A program made the translations under genes and the position numbers. 64,000 nucleotides of DNA from Penicillus capitatus (taxonomy: Eukaryota; Plantae; Chlorophyta): the NCBI GenBank assembly GCA_965649825.1, contig OZ287698.1, positions 387,949-451,948 of the forward strand. The letters are read 5' to 3'. Below, piece after piece: positions 47,636 to 60,306 of this stretch (position 1 is the stretch's first letter; each line of letters starts with the position of its first letter). The notes beneath the pieces are model-generated. The model was not told the DNA's origin, made no database searches, and saw only the letters and a list, made by a program, of their open reading frames with translations.

Positions 47636-50600
47636 TCAAGATCTATCGACTTCCATGATATGAGAGGCAATGATATATCGAAGCGATAATGGCGACGTCA
47701 GTTCAGAGACGTTGTTTTTCTCTCTTCTGTATAGACCATCAGAGGCTTCTCTTGTGTGAAAATCGAACCACTGTTCAGGGGATTCAAAATTAGAAAGAAG
47801 ACAACGACTGATGCGCTCAGCCTTATTGCGAAGACTCACGAGGACCTGATCTAAAACGCCATCATCAAAACGAATGGGCATCATGCCCAAGAGCAATGCC
47901 TTTGCATCCAAGGGCATCTCACACGATCCGCTGAAGTCGTGGCTGCCGGAGAGATCAAAGGACCCTCTCGAGATCGACAGCGGACCGACACTGCTGGAAC
48001 GCGTGTTGGTGGATTGCGAGTCTGGGCGCAATAGACCAGCAGGAACTGCATCGGAATGCGACCGGCCAACCTTTTCGGATCCTCTGTGCTGTGTTGTCGG
48101 GCTGCTGTCGCTGGGACGCAGCTGCAGTCTGTGCGGCTGCTTGGCTGCCTGACTCATCGATTCAATCACACCCCGTCGGCGATCTTCATGGGACTGCTGT
48201 TCGAAATCGTTCTTGAAACAGAGGACGAGATCGCAGACCTCCTCTTCGATGAGTTGCTGATCCAGAGACTGCTCCACGATGGCGACGGTTAGAGGACCAA
48301 TCACCGCTGCATCGAGAGAGGCCACTTCCAGCAGAGCACCTCCAGACATGTGCGCGATGGTCCTTAGACAATTGGACGAAGCCTGGTGCGTCACGGAGCT
48401 GCGTAGACCGAGTGCCAAGACGCGAGCACCGATGGCTGCCACACGTTCCACTGCCTCTTCCCAACGCACACGTCCCGGAATTCCGAGCGGATATTTGTCA
48501 TGGAATTTTCCAAGAGCATCGCAGGCCGTCAACGCATCGGCAAGATCCTTGTCGTGATGGCTGAGTTGTCTGGGACTTGCTTCGTTCATCATGGCCACGT
48601 CCACGGCATATGCTGCCTACAACCATGCACGTTGAATCGATCAATATCAGCGGTGTGCGAATCGATGCGTACCTTCTTGAGTCGAGCTTTGGCATCTTTA
48701 AATTTCCGTTCCTCTTCCACCGCCTCTTTATGACGGAATCCCTGATATCCGTGCGGCGGCGCATCGCCTACCCACAGGACAAATTTGGCAGAGTATGGAC
48801 TCCATCGAACGCCTTCGGCCGCTTCCTCGAAAGCTACTTCCATCGCTTCGGGATAATCGTCGCCACCGTCTGCCTCCAATCTATGGATGAAATGCTTGAT
48901 GCGGTCAATGTTCTCTGTGAAGTCGTGTTTCCTCAGCAAGAAGTTGTCTTCGTCTTCCGGATGATGATCTCGGTATGCCACGACACCCATTCGCAATCGT
49001 TTGCATAGAGAAACCTCTTTCATCAAATCTTCGATCTTCTCCACCACCATCGGCAATTGTCGGATCTCAGATCCCATACTCGATGTGCAGTCCACCACAA
49101 AGAGGATGTCAACATGACCAACGTGACTGTGCTGCAAGGCGTATTCCAGACGATCGTTATCGTAAGAGACGGAATGACACGGCGGGAATTCTGGATGCGG
49201 AGAGAGCATGGTCGAGGCAGAAGGAAAGACAGGGGAATCCGCCGACTGAAAGAAAGGTCCATCGACGCCGATGCCGGAACCTAGGGTCGTTGGATCGACG
49301 ACGGTTATGATCTTTGGGACGTGTCGGATCTGTTTCTTCCCGATCTTAACCGTCAGTTTATACTCGCCCACGCCGGAGAGGTGACCCAAAGCCAGATACT
49401 GCCCATTGCCTAGATCTTTTATCGGCAGTTTGAACGATTTGGTTTCATCCCACGAAACATTCTGAACAGAATCCATGTGTGCTGATGCAAGACTGGTATG
49501 AGGCGCGGCAAGCATCAGGTTTCTCTCGGAAAGAGCACCGGATCCCGAATCTACCGATGCGTGTCGGTCGTGACCGTACTCGTCGAAATCGTCAGCCAGG
49601 ATGACGCTGGCATCTGGACTCAGTGGCTGATCGGATGAGGACGGTTGGGCGTACGGCTCACGGGTGGGAGTGATCGATCGTGCTCTTTGCATCGCCGTTG
49701 GTGATGGAGTATCACACGTGTAGTATCCGGAAAGCTCTTCTCCATCCGAGTCCTCCAGTTCCTGACCGTCGTGGATCGTCGGCAACGGTTCGATCAACCT
49801 TCGAGAATCGACTGCGTTATTGCCGATCGCATTCTTTAGCCGGCGCATCAATCCTGACAGTCTCCGAATGCCTCCCCATTTCTTTCCTGCATCGTCCTCG
49901 TCGTCTCCCAGATTGACTTCCATGCTTTGCGTCAAGTATCCATTGGACTTCGGTGCTGTCGCCACGTGGCTCCATGGATCCTGTTCCAGTTCGGCGGATG
50001 TGAAAGGACTGTCATCTTCGAGGTCTTTATTCGCATCGCTGTAAGGCACAAGGGCCCGGCTGTGTCTGGGTTGGAGCTCCGTTCCTCCTGGACTGTCGGT
50101 GCGGAACATTTCCTGCAGTGGTTCCGACGCGTCGTCGTCCTCCTCATCCCCCTCTTCGGAATCGGTATCACCCGTGTACGTTCGTTTGGCGGCGACATCC
50201 CGTTCATCATTTGTTTGATGCTTTCTGCTGGCGATGACTCTTTCGAGCTGAGAAAGGTCAGGATAGTGCATTTCCCATATCATATCTTGCTCACAAAATG
50301 GCCCAGGCTGCTGTTCTTGTTCAGATTGAAGTGCATCCTGGCCGCTGGTGGACGCTTGGGTTTCTTCTCCGTTCGCTCGTGCCTGAAGATGTCCTCTGTG
50401 ACGAGGTCGAGACAGTCCTTCCTCTCCCACTCTGATAAACGCCGTCAGATCTGCTGTCACGATTTCGGCGGAGTCCGATCCTGGCCGCGTCTCTCCCCTC
50501 TCAGCCCGGCGATTGGCAGAGTTGAAGGAAAACGTACTCCGCGAGTCGCTGCTGGCATCGTTGGTTGGAAAAGACCGCGTCGTGTCTTTGGCAGGAGAAG

Positions 50601-52300
50601 AGGTATCGGACGACGGTATCTGATCCCACATCTGCGGCGGCAGCGGACTCATGGCATCCGAAAGGGGATACTGAGAGGGAACGATATCGTAGTGTCGGGC
50701 GTCGGATTCTTCTCTTCGGTACTGGTTCTGTTGAGGAGTGTGATTGGTCGAGGTGGCGGTTGTCCTTGGTGGTTCCAATGATGTGATTTCTGCCAAGACA
50801 TTGGCGTGACCATAAGTGCAAGGCTTGCTGACAGAACTAAAGGTATGAATGGTAAAAGCAAATGGCAGGCCATCTGAGGCCATCGAGACTGCCCTTCCAG
50901 ACACCCAACAGTGATCTGGATCAATTCTCCCTTCGTCCTGCGACGACATCTCACTGTCAGGCGGAATCGAGGCATCGGAGAAATCTTACTTCGTTTGAAA
51001 GAAACTCTGTAAGCAATTGCCAAATATCTTCTGCCGTTTCCAAACAGGATTCGTCCCACAGTTTTCCAATGGCACCCCGAACGGCTTGACTGAGCAAGGG
51101 CACACGTACAGTGGTCGAGTTTATTTTATTGCTCTTGCCAAAAGAGGGGTTCTTTACGGAGCTGTCGCGTGTCGCCAGGCGCAGATCTGACAGAGCTTCT
51201 TCTTTCGGCCAACAGGTGTACGGGAGAACACTCGTCAGTATCCATCCCAGTGTATCCTCTTGCTCTTTCTTCGATGGAGGCGGCGGCGGCAGGTGCGGTT
51301 GTCTGTCTCCTGCAATGTCTGGCATATAAGAAGAAGCCTCATACCGTTGGCGGCCAGATGACGCGTTGCGTAAAAGCGTGGAAATAATAAACTGATTCGA
51401 AGGCGACCCTCCAAATCGAATCCCCTGACCAACACTCCACTGAGAAGAGGACGAGGAGTTCTCGAGCATGTCGCCGTTTGGCAGATAGGATTCGTGCCCG
51501 TCGGAGAATGTCCCATTCTCACTGCCCCTCCACTGGCTCTCCAGTTCAGTGCTCTCAGCTCGAGAGCTTGGCGGATAAACAAGGGGTCGCTGCTGTGCTT
51601 TATTGCCAGGCATCGTCTCCGGAATGTCTCCCGAAAAAACACTGCTGCCGCGTGGACTGCTCTGCACATCCAGGGAAGGTTTTATTGATGATGATTTATT
51701 GGGAGGTATATTTTGTTGTGCGTCCGAATCTGGAGAGCCGATAAATTCGTCACCCAGCTCCTTTACTTGACTTTTGAACTTCATAAGACGTTTCCTGAAA
51801 TCCACAATGGCATTATCCACCTGGCAGCCAGCCACTAACACGTTTAGAGAGCAGAGTATCGACTGGCGGCGGTATCGTACACTTTGATGCGTCGGCGATT
51901 CGGAAGAAGGCTGGTCTTTGGGATATATGTTCATTTCCGACGGCAAATCGATCCCTTTGGCTGCAGAACACATGGTTGAGGTGTCATGCGAAACGCAAAC
52001 GGGTGCGCGACGTCTGGTGCCTCGCGGTTACCGAGGGAAGGTATCTAATATTTCACAAAGTCGAGGTCGTATCGAACAAGCGCAGTTGTCTGCTTCGTAG
52101 GCGACGATTGAGCACAGAACGAATTTTCAGCACGTTCGTACGAGACGTTGCAAAACCGTAAACGCGACAAAACGGGCACCGGTGCTGCTGTATGGTCAGG
52201 ACCTTGAATTGACGAGACAGTATGTGAGCGTCGACGCGCAACACGGTCACATCGACCAGCCACAAGGCAACTGCCATACAAACGACGGCCGCTTTGTGGT
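47636..52300 (-). CDS. Large protein: disordered N-half, filamin/Ig-like repeat, vWA domain; 5' end uncertain
   Basis: ORFs 50957-51973, 48589-50949 and 47636-48604 are linked by GT-AG introns. IKDLGNGQY...GEYKLTVKIG (filamin-like); DILFVVDCTSSM, VVAYRDH, GGDDYPEAM, WVGDAPPHG (vWA). Confidence 0.75.
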
Positions 52301-52386
52301 GCAACGAGGTCGGCAGGCAGAGGGCCTGTCACCAGATAAGTAAGTCCATGGGATCGTCATTGTGCTCTTAAACATGCGTTTGGCCG

Positions 52387-54265
52387 CTACAGACTGCGAT
52401 GATTGTGTTTTGATCCGTAACGAATGGGCGACGCAGTGAGATTCGTCGCGACGCTGCTGCCTGGACTGAAAACGCCAGCGGCTCCGCTGCTGGTGTTACC
52501 AAATCCGGACTGACCAAAGAGGGTCGTCGAACCGCTGCTTGCCTGCGATCCGCCACCAAATGCACCGAAGCTGCCCGACGCCGCGCTGGCACTACTGCCA
52601 AACGGCTGCGTGCCTGTCGTTCTGCCAAAGAGATTGCTCGGCTGCGAGGAGGACGGTCCAAACAGCGTCGAAGTCGACGACTGAGCGAACAAACCGCCTC
52701 CAGCTGTCTGGCCAAACGGCACGGCACCTTGGGAAGCGGACGGTCCAAAGAGCATCGGCGTCGAGGAGGTGTGGAACAGACCCGTGCCACTGGACTGGCC
52801 AAATCCTAGAAACCCTGCTGCTGATGTTGGAACGAAGAGATTATCGGTTTGGAAACCGGCCGAAGGATTAAAGACGGCGACCGGTTGCATGATTCGAATC
52901 GCATCGCGTTGCCAGTCGTCATGTATCTCCGCTGCTCGAATGCGCTCCCCACGCGATGCCTCTGCAAAGGGATCGGACGCATCTCCCTGTCGACGGCGCT
53001 CCGCACGATGACGCTCCTTGGCAAAAGTCACCTAGAAACCCACCAACCATATGTGATGCATCCATCTCTCCATCCACGTCGCTGATTGACGCGTGTACGT
53101 ACGTACCTCTTTAGCGAAGGTATCGACCTTTTCTACGAAAAGAGTGACCAGACGGAAGACACATTGAAAAGCAGGGAGATCATCTTCGTCTTCCTCCATC
53201 GTCTGTCGTCGTTCTTTCGGTGCCGCTTCGACATCGCCGAGTTGGCGGATCAGTCCTTGTAGACGTGGTCTTAGATCTGTCGCCATCTGCATGATAAACG
53301 GATGCGGCCACTCCATCTGATGTTTATAGATCGATTCGGACACGTAGAGCTGTCCCTGCCCAACGCTAACTCCGTCAGCAGAGAAAGGAAATGTGTGAGA
53401 GCGACGTCTCTCGTGGCCGCTACGGTGCTGCCGAGATCGGCGAGGACACGCTCCGCTTCACGGATGGTCTGATCGAGACGTGCCGCACGTGGATGCGCTG
53501 CTTGGAGTCTTGTCTGAAATTCGTCGACGTTCAGTCGATGTTCAGGAATCATCTCACTCATACTGTTCATCTCTCTCCAAAAATCCTGCACACCACAAAC
53601 ACCTCTCACTCTTTTGCTGGCCACTTTCTTTCTCACTTTCTTCAGATCGCTTAAATTGGACCCGCGCTTGAAGTAGGGGTCACTCATAATCGCAGCCATG
53701 GCCTCTCTGTAATTCACTTGCACTTCTCTACACGAAACGGCGATGCTAAGGGCATTCAACGGCGCTAGGCACGTTACTCGATCTTTTGAATGACTGTCTG
53801 GCCTGGCTGTTCAAGTTCATCTGTGCGTGTGTGATGCGTCACAGGACGGCCGTCTCGTCGACGGACGGCTCTGTAGATTTCGTCCCGGAAAGGATTCGAT
53901 ACGCGTTGCGGCACCATTTGAACGTTCCAAGGCGTTGCTTGCGACATCTGACCACCAAAGGGCTGCGTCGTCTGAGACGCCCTGGATGCGAACATTGATG
54001 GTGACGACTGTGGAGCCGTCGCGAAGAAACCGCCAGAAGGCTGGGAGGCAAACAGAGAGGGGCCACTGGAAAACGAGCCGCCGGAAAACGCCGAGACAAA
54101 GCTCGTGGTCGAGGAAGAAGCAAAAAGCGAGCCCGTTGTTGTACTGGCGAAGGCGGACGATCCAGGCCCCACTCCAAACAACGGACGCGACGCTTCTGAT
54201 CCCCAGGCAGACGAGCTGACAGGCGAGAACGGACTCTGCGTACCACCGCTCCAGTTGAACGCCAT
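52387..54265 (-). CDS. NUP58: FG nucleoporin Nup58-like
   Basis: FG/xLFG-rich repeats at both termini with a central coiled coil; DGRPVTHHTRTDELEQPGQTVIQKIE resembles the plant Nup58 conserved block. Confidence 0.75.
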
Positions 54266-54303
54266 TGCGAAGTGTATTCGTTAAAAGCAAACGATTCACG
54301 CTT

Positions 54304-55605
54304 TTAGGGCCGCGATGTAAAACGTTTCGGATCAAATGCTGCACATGATAATGACATGCATTTTCCATCCAACAGGAGCTCAGAGAGCAACAGTCCCGTA
54401 GCGGGGCCGTTCAGAATACCCCAACAGCTGTGCCCTGTGGCGATGTAGACGTTTTCTGTGTGAGGTACTCTGCCGATGATGGGCACGCCGTCTGGCGAAA
54501 GAGGTAGATAGCAGGACTGCGATACGTCCACCTCACTCTACAAGGCATCCCATTTATCCCATGCGTTGTTCGTCCATCCAGACAATGACGACAGAGATCT
54601 GTCTTACGTGGCGCAGTGAAGGGATCGCTTCGCTGGCGGTGCTTTGGAGACGGCGACAGATATTGAAATCAACGGTGACCTGTTCTGGGTCTTCGGGGAG
54701 GGGCACCGATTGCGGCTCTCCGCAGATGTAGACCTTTCCATCTGGCCGCGGGTAGATTTCGGGTTCGACTTTTCTCCCCTCGGATGTGATGTGATTCAGG
54801 AAAATGACGTCAGGTGTCATGTCGCGTTTGGGCGTCACAACAATGCTGTGGTACTTCTTGGCTGAGGTGGGTGGGATGGGCAGCCATTCGGATGCCTTGA
54901 TCGACCAGGGTCCCATCGCAAGAACCAGAACATCTGCCTCGACCAGCCGTCCATCCACCAAGGCACCTGTCACATCACTGGATAACAGCAAATTATGGCA
55001 CGGTATCTCACCTACAGCGCTTCGGCATCCAGGATCGAGATCCCGCCATTCGATGCCCTGGACTTCTCCCTGTATGACTTCTGTCCCTTGCTCCGCCGCG
55101 CTTTGCATCAATGCCGTCGTGAGCTTGTAGGGATGTACTTGAGCACAGCGCTCTTCATCTCCCAAAGCCTGTACGGACGGGACATGTTCATGACTATCCT
55201 TCAACTGATGTGACAGGTGGTCTATACCTGTACTCCCAAGACATTGCCATCCAGCCACGAGGGCAGCTTCTCCTGGATATTGCTCCTGGCATCGGCAGTC
55301 GAGGCGATGCCCAGGGCGCGGACAGGTCGATAATCGGTGCGTTCTTTGAACTTATTCGCCAGTTGCTGGTGTAATGTAAATGAGAGACGGGAGAGTTCTG
55401 AAGACGGTGTATCGTCGTTCCAATCAAAGGCCAGAAATCCTGCGGCCTTTCCGGAAGCGCTACCAGCGATTTTGTGGCGTTCAATGACAGTACTGACAAC
55501 GCCACGTTCAGACAGATAGTAGGCCACGCAAATTCCCACAATCCCACCTCCACAGATCAATATTCTGCAACGCTCGATGGTATGCGTGCTGGTCTGAGAT
55601 GACAT
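54304..55605 (-). CDS. FAD-dependent oxidoreductase (DAO family, TDA3-like)
   Basis: ILICGGGIVG (GxGxxG); ASGKAAGFLA; AQVHPYKLT; LAMGPWS; EIYPRPDG; IATGHSCWGILNGPATG. Confidence 0.92.
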
Positions 55606-56534
55606 ACCGTCGATTCTGTAAAGGATGAGGCTCAGACGACATCTACAGGGATATACAATGCGTATAGGTGTACTGTGACAAGCGCGTCGTACAGTGCAGG
55701 CGATTGGTCGCAGTGTATGCGTTCGAGGCGAAGGAACAGGACGCGATGATGGTCGATGAAAGAAGGGCGGCACTTGTTGTTGCCAAGGGATGTGCATACA
55801 GGCGCAACGTTGCATGGCACGATCGCCCACGGCTGATAACGACGTGACGTGCCCAGAAACGCAGATCGCGATATCGTTCGATGTTGGGTCACGCCACGCA
55901 TTCCTGCTGGCGCTGTCGTGTCGCGATACGCCTTCGAAAAACGCGTCACTCCATACGTCGAACCCCTTCGCATCGACCTTCAGTGAACCGACACGAGCTG
56001 TCGTCCGTCGTTTCCGTGATCCAGTTTTGTGATGGAGGATGGTTGACAGGAGAACGAGGGACAGGAGGTTGTGCACAATGGCGACAAGTGCAAAGACAAA
56101 GAGCGCATCAAAAAAAAGCGAGAAGGACACAGACTCGATGACGCATCCCTGCTGACGGGTGTTCTGCCAGTTAATGTCCAGAATCGCAAGTTTGCGCTGA
56201 TTTCGGTATCCGACAAGACTGGTGTCATTTGGTCGAGCGCGTTTGGCATCGGCCATTGGTTCCGCGTCGTGAATTCTTCAAAAAACCAAAATGACGGGTA
56301 CGCGAGAACGGTTCTGGCCCCGCGGACCGGACAGACTGTCCGCTTCCTGACGTGACAGGAGTCCGCGTAGGCCAGGGGTATTTATGTGACAGGCCGCACC
56401 ATGCTGTAGTCTTTGCATCGACTCAGCACCGTCTCTTCCGACTCCGTATACGCGTCGGCGCGTTCGCGTCGCGCCAGTTGTCTGCGTATCCCCGACACAA
56501 AACGTTTTCTTACACCTAATTCATCATGGAGTCT

Positions 56535-57152
56535 CTATTTATCGCTTCGATCGCAGCATCCCATCAGTTTTGCCTGTCGCATCGGATTGTCATCTTTCTG
56601 ATCCCTCGTCACCAATGTGACATCATGGTTCCGTACCATGAGGAGTTCACACTGGACTGGAAGTGCTGGTACAGGAATAGCGCGTCTATCTCCCTTGGCA
56701 ATCGAATGGCTTATGGTTGGACAGGGGCTGACCGAGTTGGGGTACGATTTGACATCGACAGGAGGCAGCGCCACGGCCATCGTGTCGTCGTCTGGCTGAT
56801 TATTGTCGTCTGCCTGATGTGGAGGTACTTCGTTGACTTCCTGCGAAGGATCAGGTCTTTCTCCTCCCTCAACTTGTTGCTCTTGCAGGGCCAAGGGGGG
56901 AATATCCTCTGGAAGAACCGGCACTAAGTCGGCGTTTCCGTCTTCCGAACTTTGACGAGTGTTGTAAAGTTCGACGTTATGAAACACCTGCTCTGCGCCC
57001 CGTCGATGAAGCTCCTCTCTGTCGCCTTGACAAAACCGATCGAGCCTCTCCTGAAACGTAGAATACAGAGAGGGATAAGGAACAAGGGCGTGCCGAATGT
57101 CCAGCTCGCGATCGTTATCAGCCACAATGGCAGAGAAATCCGACAAAGACAA
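56535..57152 (-). other. Unassigned acidic open reading frame (205 codons, no clear ATG)
   Basis: Long stop-free frame with a protein-like composition; no recognised domain. Confidence 0.3.
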
Positions 57153-57584
57153 ACTTCTTACAAACGTTTTAGGCGTTCCAATACCGGCAAATCTATCCTC
57201 TTATCCCTGTCCCTTGACTTGACTGCTGATACGCGTAAACGTGCAAGCGTTGCAAGAGGCAGAAATATATTCTTTTGCGCAGATCGTAACGAACGTTGAG
57301 TTAAACAATAACAAATGTTCTGTTCGTATCCCCGATTTTATACTTGCGAGGTGAGCATGACGTCATGCTTTTGTCATGCTTCGCATCATGTTTTTTATTA
57401 TGTCATCTTCGGTCTGGCTTCTCCTCTTCTGTCCTTCGGAGGACATGACACTGTACAGACAGATGACTCATCCGCGTCTCAGCGCCATGGAAACGCGTCA
57501 TCTGCCACATACAAGGCCCTTCTGACACGACCGGCGGTGCCCCTTGACGCAACCGACCCCCAGCCGAACAAGACAGTCCGATTA

Positions 57585-57932
57585 TCATGGCCATCTTGGC
57601 GATACATCGAAGGATACAAACTTGACGTGATCCGTGTGGAAGATCTCACTCAGTTTCCTGAAATGCTCGACGGTCGACATCTCTCTGCGGAAGGGCTCAA
57701 TGAATGCCGAAGTGTGATCGGTTCCCCGAAGAGAACACGGCATTGGTTGTCGATGGTGACCACGAGGCTGTGCTAGCAAGCGAGGCTGTGAAGAACTCCC
57801 GCCGGCCGCTTGGACCTCCACGTCCCTCACGACGTCCTCGGCGTAGACGACACGTATTTCTCCCTCACCGTCTTGGTCGGGGAGTGTAGGAGGAGCAGCG
57901 TCGTTGCTGGAGTCATCCCCGTGTTGGCTCAT
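57585..57932 (-). other. Unassigned ORF (115 aa, ATG start)
   Basis: Acidic N-terminus; no recognised domain; may splice with 56535-57152. Confidence 0.3.
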
Positions 57933-59183
57933 CTCACAAGCGCAGCGGAAGTCTTGAACTTAGATGAGGATGGGCGAGAGTTTGGAGGCCATGCCAAAGG
58001 TTACAGCGAAGAGACAGCTTGTTACAACGACAATGAACAGCGAATTTTTTGGCAAACAGAAACAGATTGTTGTTGAAGTGCCGGATTGACTTCACTGAGT
58101 CAATCATATGACGATATGATCGTAACGGCACAAAGCGACTCGACGACCGTACTTATACGTAAACGAGGAGGACCTTGTATGTCTGTCTGATTATGATATT
58201 GTCATGTGAACCGTGAACCTTTGTTGATGTCGTCTGGGCGTCGAAGCGGTCGCTTCGTCCTGGCCCCGAGACGCGATTTCACAATTGTATGTGGTTCACA
58301 GATACAAGTGTAAACTCAGATGTCGAGCAAAAGATGATTTATGTGTCCGATTCTCGCTTAAATACTCCGTCCGCGATGTGACGACAGAATAACACACGAA
58401 GTTCGAGAGTGAGTTCTTAGTGAAGTTCTAGAAAGTTTCGTGAACTTCGATGTGAATTTCACACGAACTCACTGCTAATCGCCATGCTCAGCGCGACTCA
58501 GCGGCGACGGTAATGTCGCGCAGCCAAAGACGCGAGGATCACCAAGCGACAGAAATGTCATCCATTACAACAACGTCCATCGGCGTTCCTTTAGAAGCGC
58601 ACTTTTTTGACAGTCATCGTCGGATTCCATGGAGGACATTGGTGCGATCTGCCGCCTCTGGGAGAAGTTTCGCGCTGCCATCCGCCTGGAAGTCGACACT
58701 ATATGTCACATCATTCTCAAAGGCAGGACGTCCAAACTCTTACAAGAATATAACAAAACTGACATAACCTAAGTTCACAGTGTATTTCACTATCGCCCAC
58801 GGATAGTCACATCCGTTCACATCACAGAGCAAACGCCAACAATAGTTAATCACACATTCTCGACATTGACGGCTTGTGCAGTCTAGGACTATGTTTCTTC
58901 GCAGACAAAAAATGCTTCCCTGAATTGTTTCATCTATTCCACTACAGAAGGCCCATGACATGATACGACGCGTAAAGCTAACCGAGCATTTTAACTTGAA
59001 TTTGTAGAACAAGAGACAACAACACCTCATGCTACTTCGACAAATCGACATACAGAGAACACGTTCTGTGATGTTAACCTTGCGGAGATTTTGAACGGAT
59101 TGGCTAAAAACAAAATGCCAAATGGTATCCGGCGGTAGACTTCCACGAATCATCAAACATAAAATGCGCTATCGGATTACGTT

Positions 59184-60134
59184 CTAGAAGTGCTTTAGCA
59201 ATCCAGGAAACTTCTCACGAAAATCTTCCTTCAGACTCATGACATATAGGTCAACATCATCCTTACTCCACCTTCCAATTACTCGAGAAAGCGCTGTATG
59301 CAATACAAAAGAAACTGTTTTCCGTTGTGTAAGGGAACCCAACGTAAATGGATGCTGAACAAAAAAGAAAAGAACGCCTTTTCTATACGCAGGGAGAGAT
59401 AATGTTGGCGATAAGATAATTGTTTCGAGTTTTATGATATTCAATGCCGTTCTTGCAGCATGTCGCACGCTCGAATCATCATCGACGCAAAGATTGGCCA
59501 GCGCCGGAAGAAACTCACCGGCCTGCAGAGGCGCAGCCGCTAAGACTCTGCCGATGGCCTCTATCGCAGTCAGACGCACACGGTAGTGTTCGTCGACCAA
59601 TCGATTTGTCAGCGTCGGCAGAGCTTCGTCGACGATCTGCGGCGCCGATCCGACGATTCTGCCGACGGCATTCGCCGCCGCAGAACGCACATCATTGGCT
59701 CCGTGGGCACACCACTTAATCAGCGTCGGCAGAACCTCGCCGGCGTGCTCCGGCGCCGCCGCGACGACATTGCCGAAGACCTTAATCGCCGCATAACGCA
59801 AATCCGAAATATAGCTTTCACACCACTCAATCAGCGTCGGCAGAACCTCGCCGGCGTGCTCCGGCGCCGCCGCGACGATTCTGCCGATGGCATTCATTGC
59901 CTCAAAACGCACTGTTATGTCTGGGTATCTTTGGTGTAGGTAGATGCACCTGTTCACCAGCGTCGGCAGAACCGCGCTGGCGTGCTGCGGCGCCGATCCG
60001 ATGATTGTGCCGACGGCATTTTCCGCCGCATAACGCACGTTGGAGCCTTCGTCGACGCATCCATTCGCCAGCGTCGGCAGAACCTCGCCGGCGAACTGCG
60101 GCGCCGCCTCGGTGACTCTGCCCATGGCCTCCAT
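59184..60134 (-). CDS. Intronless HEAT-repeat protein, possibly 5'-truncated
   Basis: At least six 37-aa (111-bp) repeats, consensus VRxAAxxAxGxIVxAAPxHAGEVLPTL, followed by a unique C-terminal domain. Confidence 0.85.
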   Translation of the reverse strand: MEAMGRVTEAAPQFAGEVLPTLANGCVDEGSNVRYAAENAVGTIIGSAPQHASAVLPTLVNRCIYLHQRYPDITVRFEAMNAIGRIVAAAPEHAGEVLPTLIEWCESYISDLRYAAIKVFGNVVAAAPEHAGEVLPTLIKWCAHGANDVRSAAANAVGRIVGSAPQIVDEALPTLTNRLVDEHYRVRLTAIEAIGRVLAAAPLQAGEFLPALANLCVDDDSSVRHAARTALNIIKLETIILSPTLSLPAYRKGVLFFFVQHPFTLGSLTQRKTVSFVLHTALSRVIGRWSKDDVDLYVMSLKEDFREKFPGLLKHF

Positions 60135-60306
60135 CGCCGCAGCACGCACGGTGTTCTGATGGAATACGATGAGAATAATCTTAGAAAAATGAACATTAAA
60201 ACGGACGCGCTGGATCACAGGATTGTAACTGCGATCTGTACGTTTCACAACGAACAGCCTACCGCTAACGCGTATTCCCTTACCTTTTCGAGCGAATTCT
60301 CACAAC

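Noticed and set aside
55222-56256. 344-aa N-terminally extended oxidoreductase
   Set aside because: The Rossmann motif follows ATG 55605 directly, as in homologues. The upstream open frame has no domain features and is kept only as a low-interest note.
58513-59156. Possible readthrough or recoded ORF on the plus strand
   Set aside because: Interrupted by all three stop types and lacks any recognisable motif; treated as non-coding or decayed.
59499-60130. CRISPR-like repeat array
   Set aside because: The 111-bp period is in-frame HEAT coding repeats; there are no unique spacers and no cas genes, and the context is eukaryotic.
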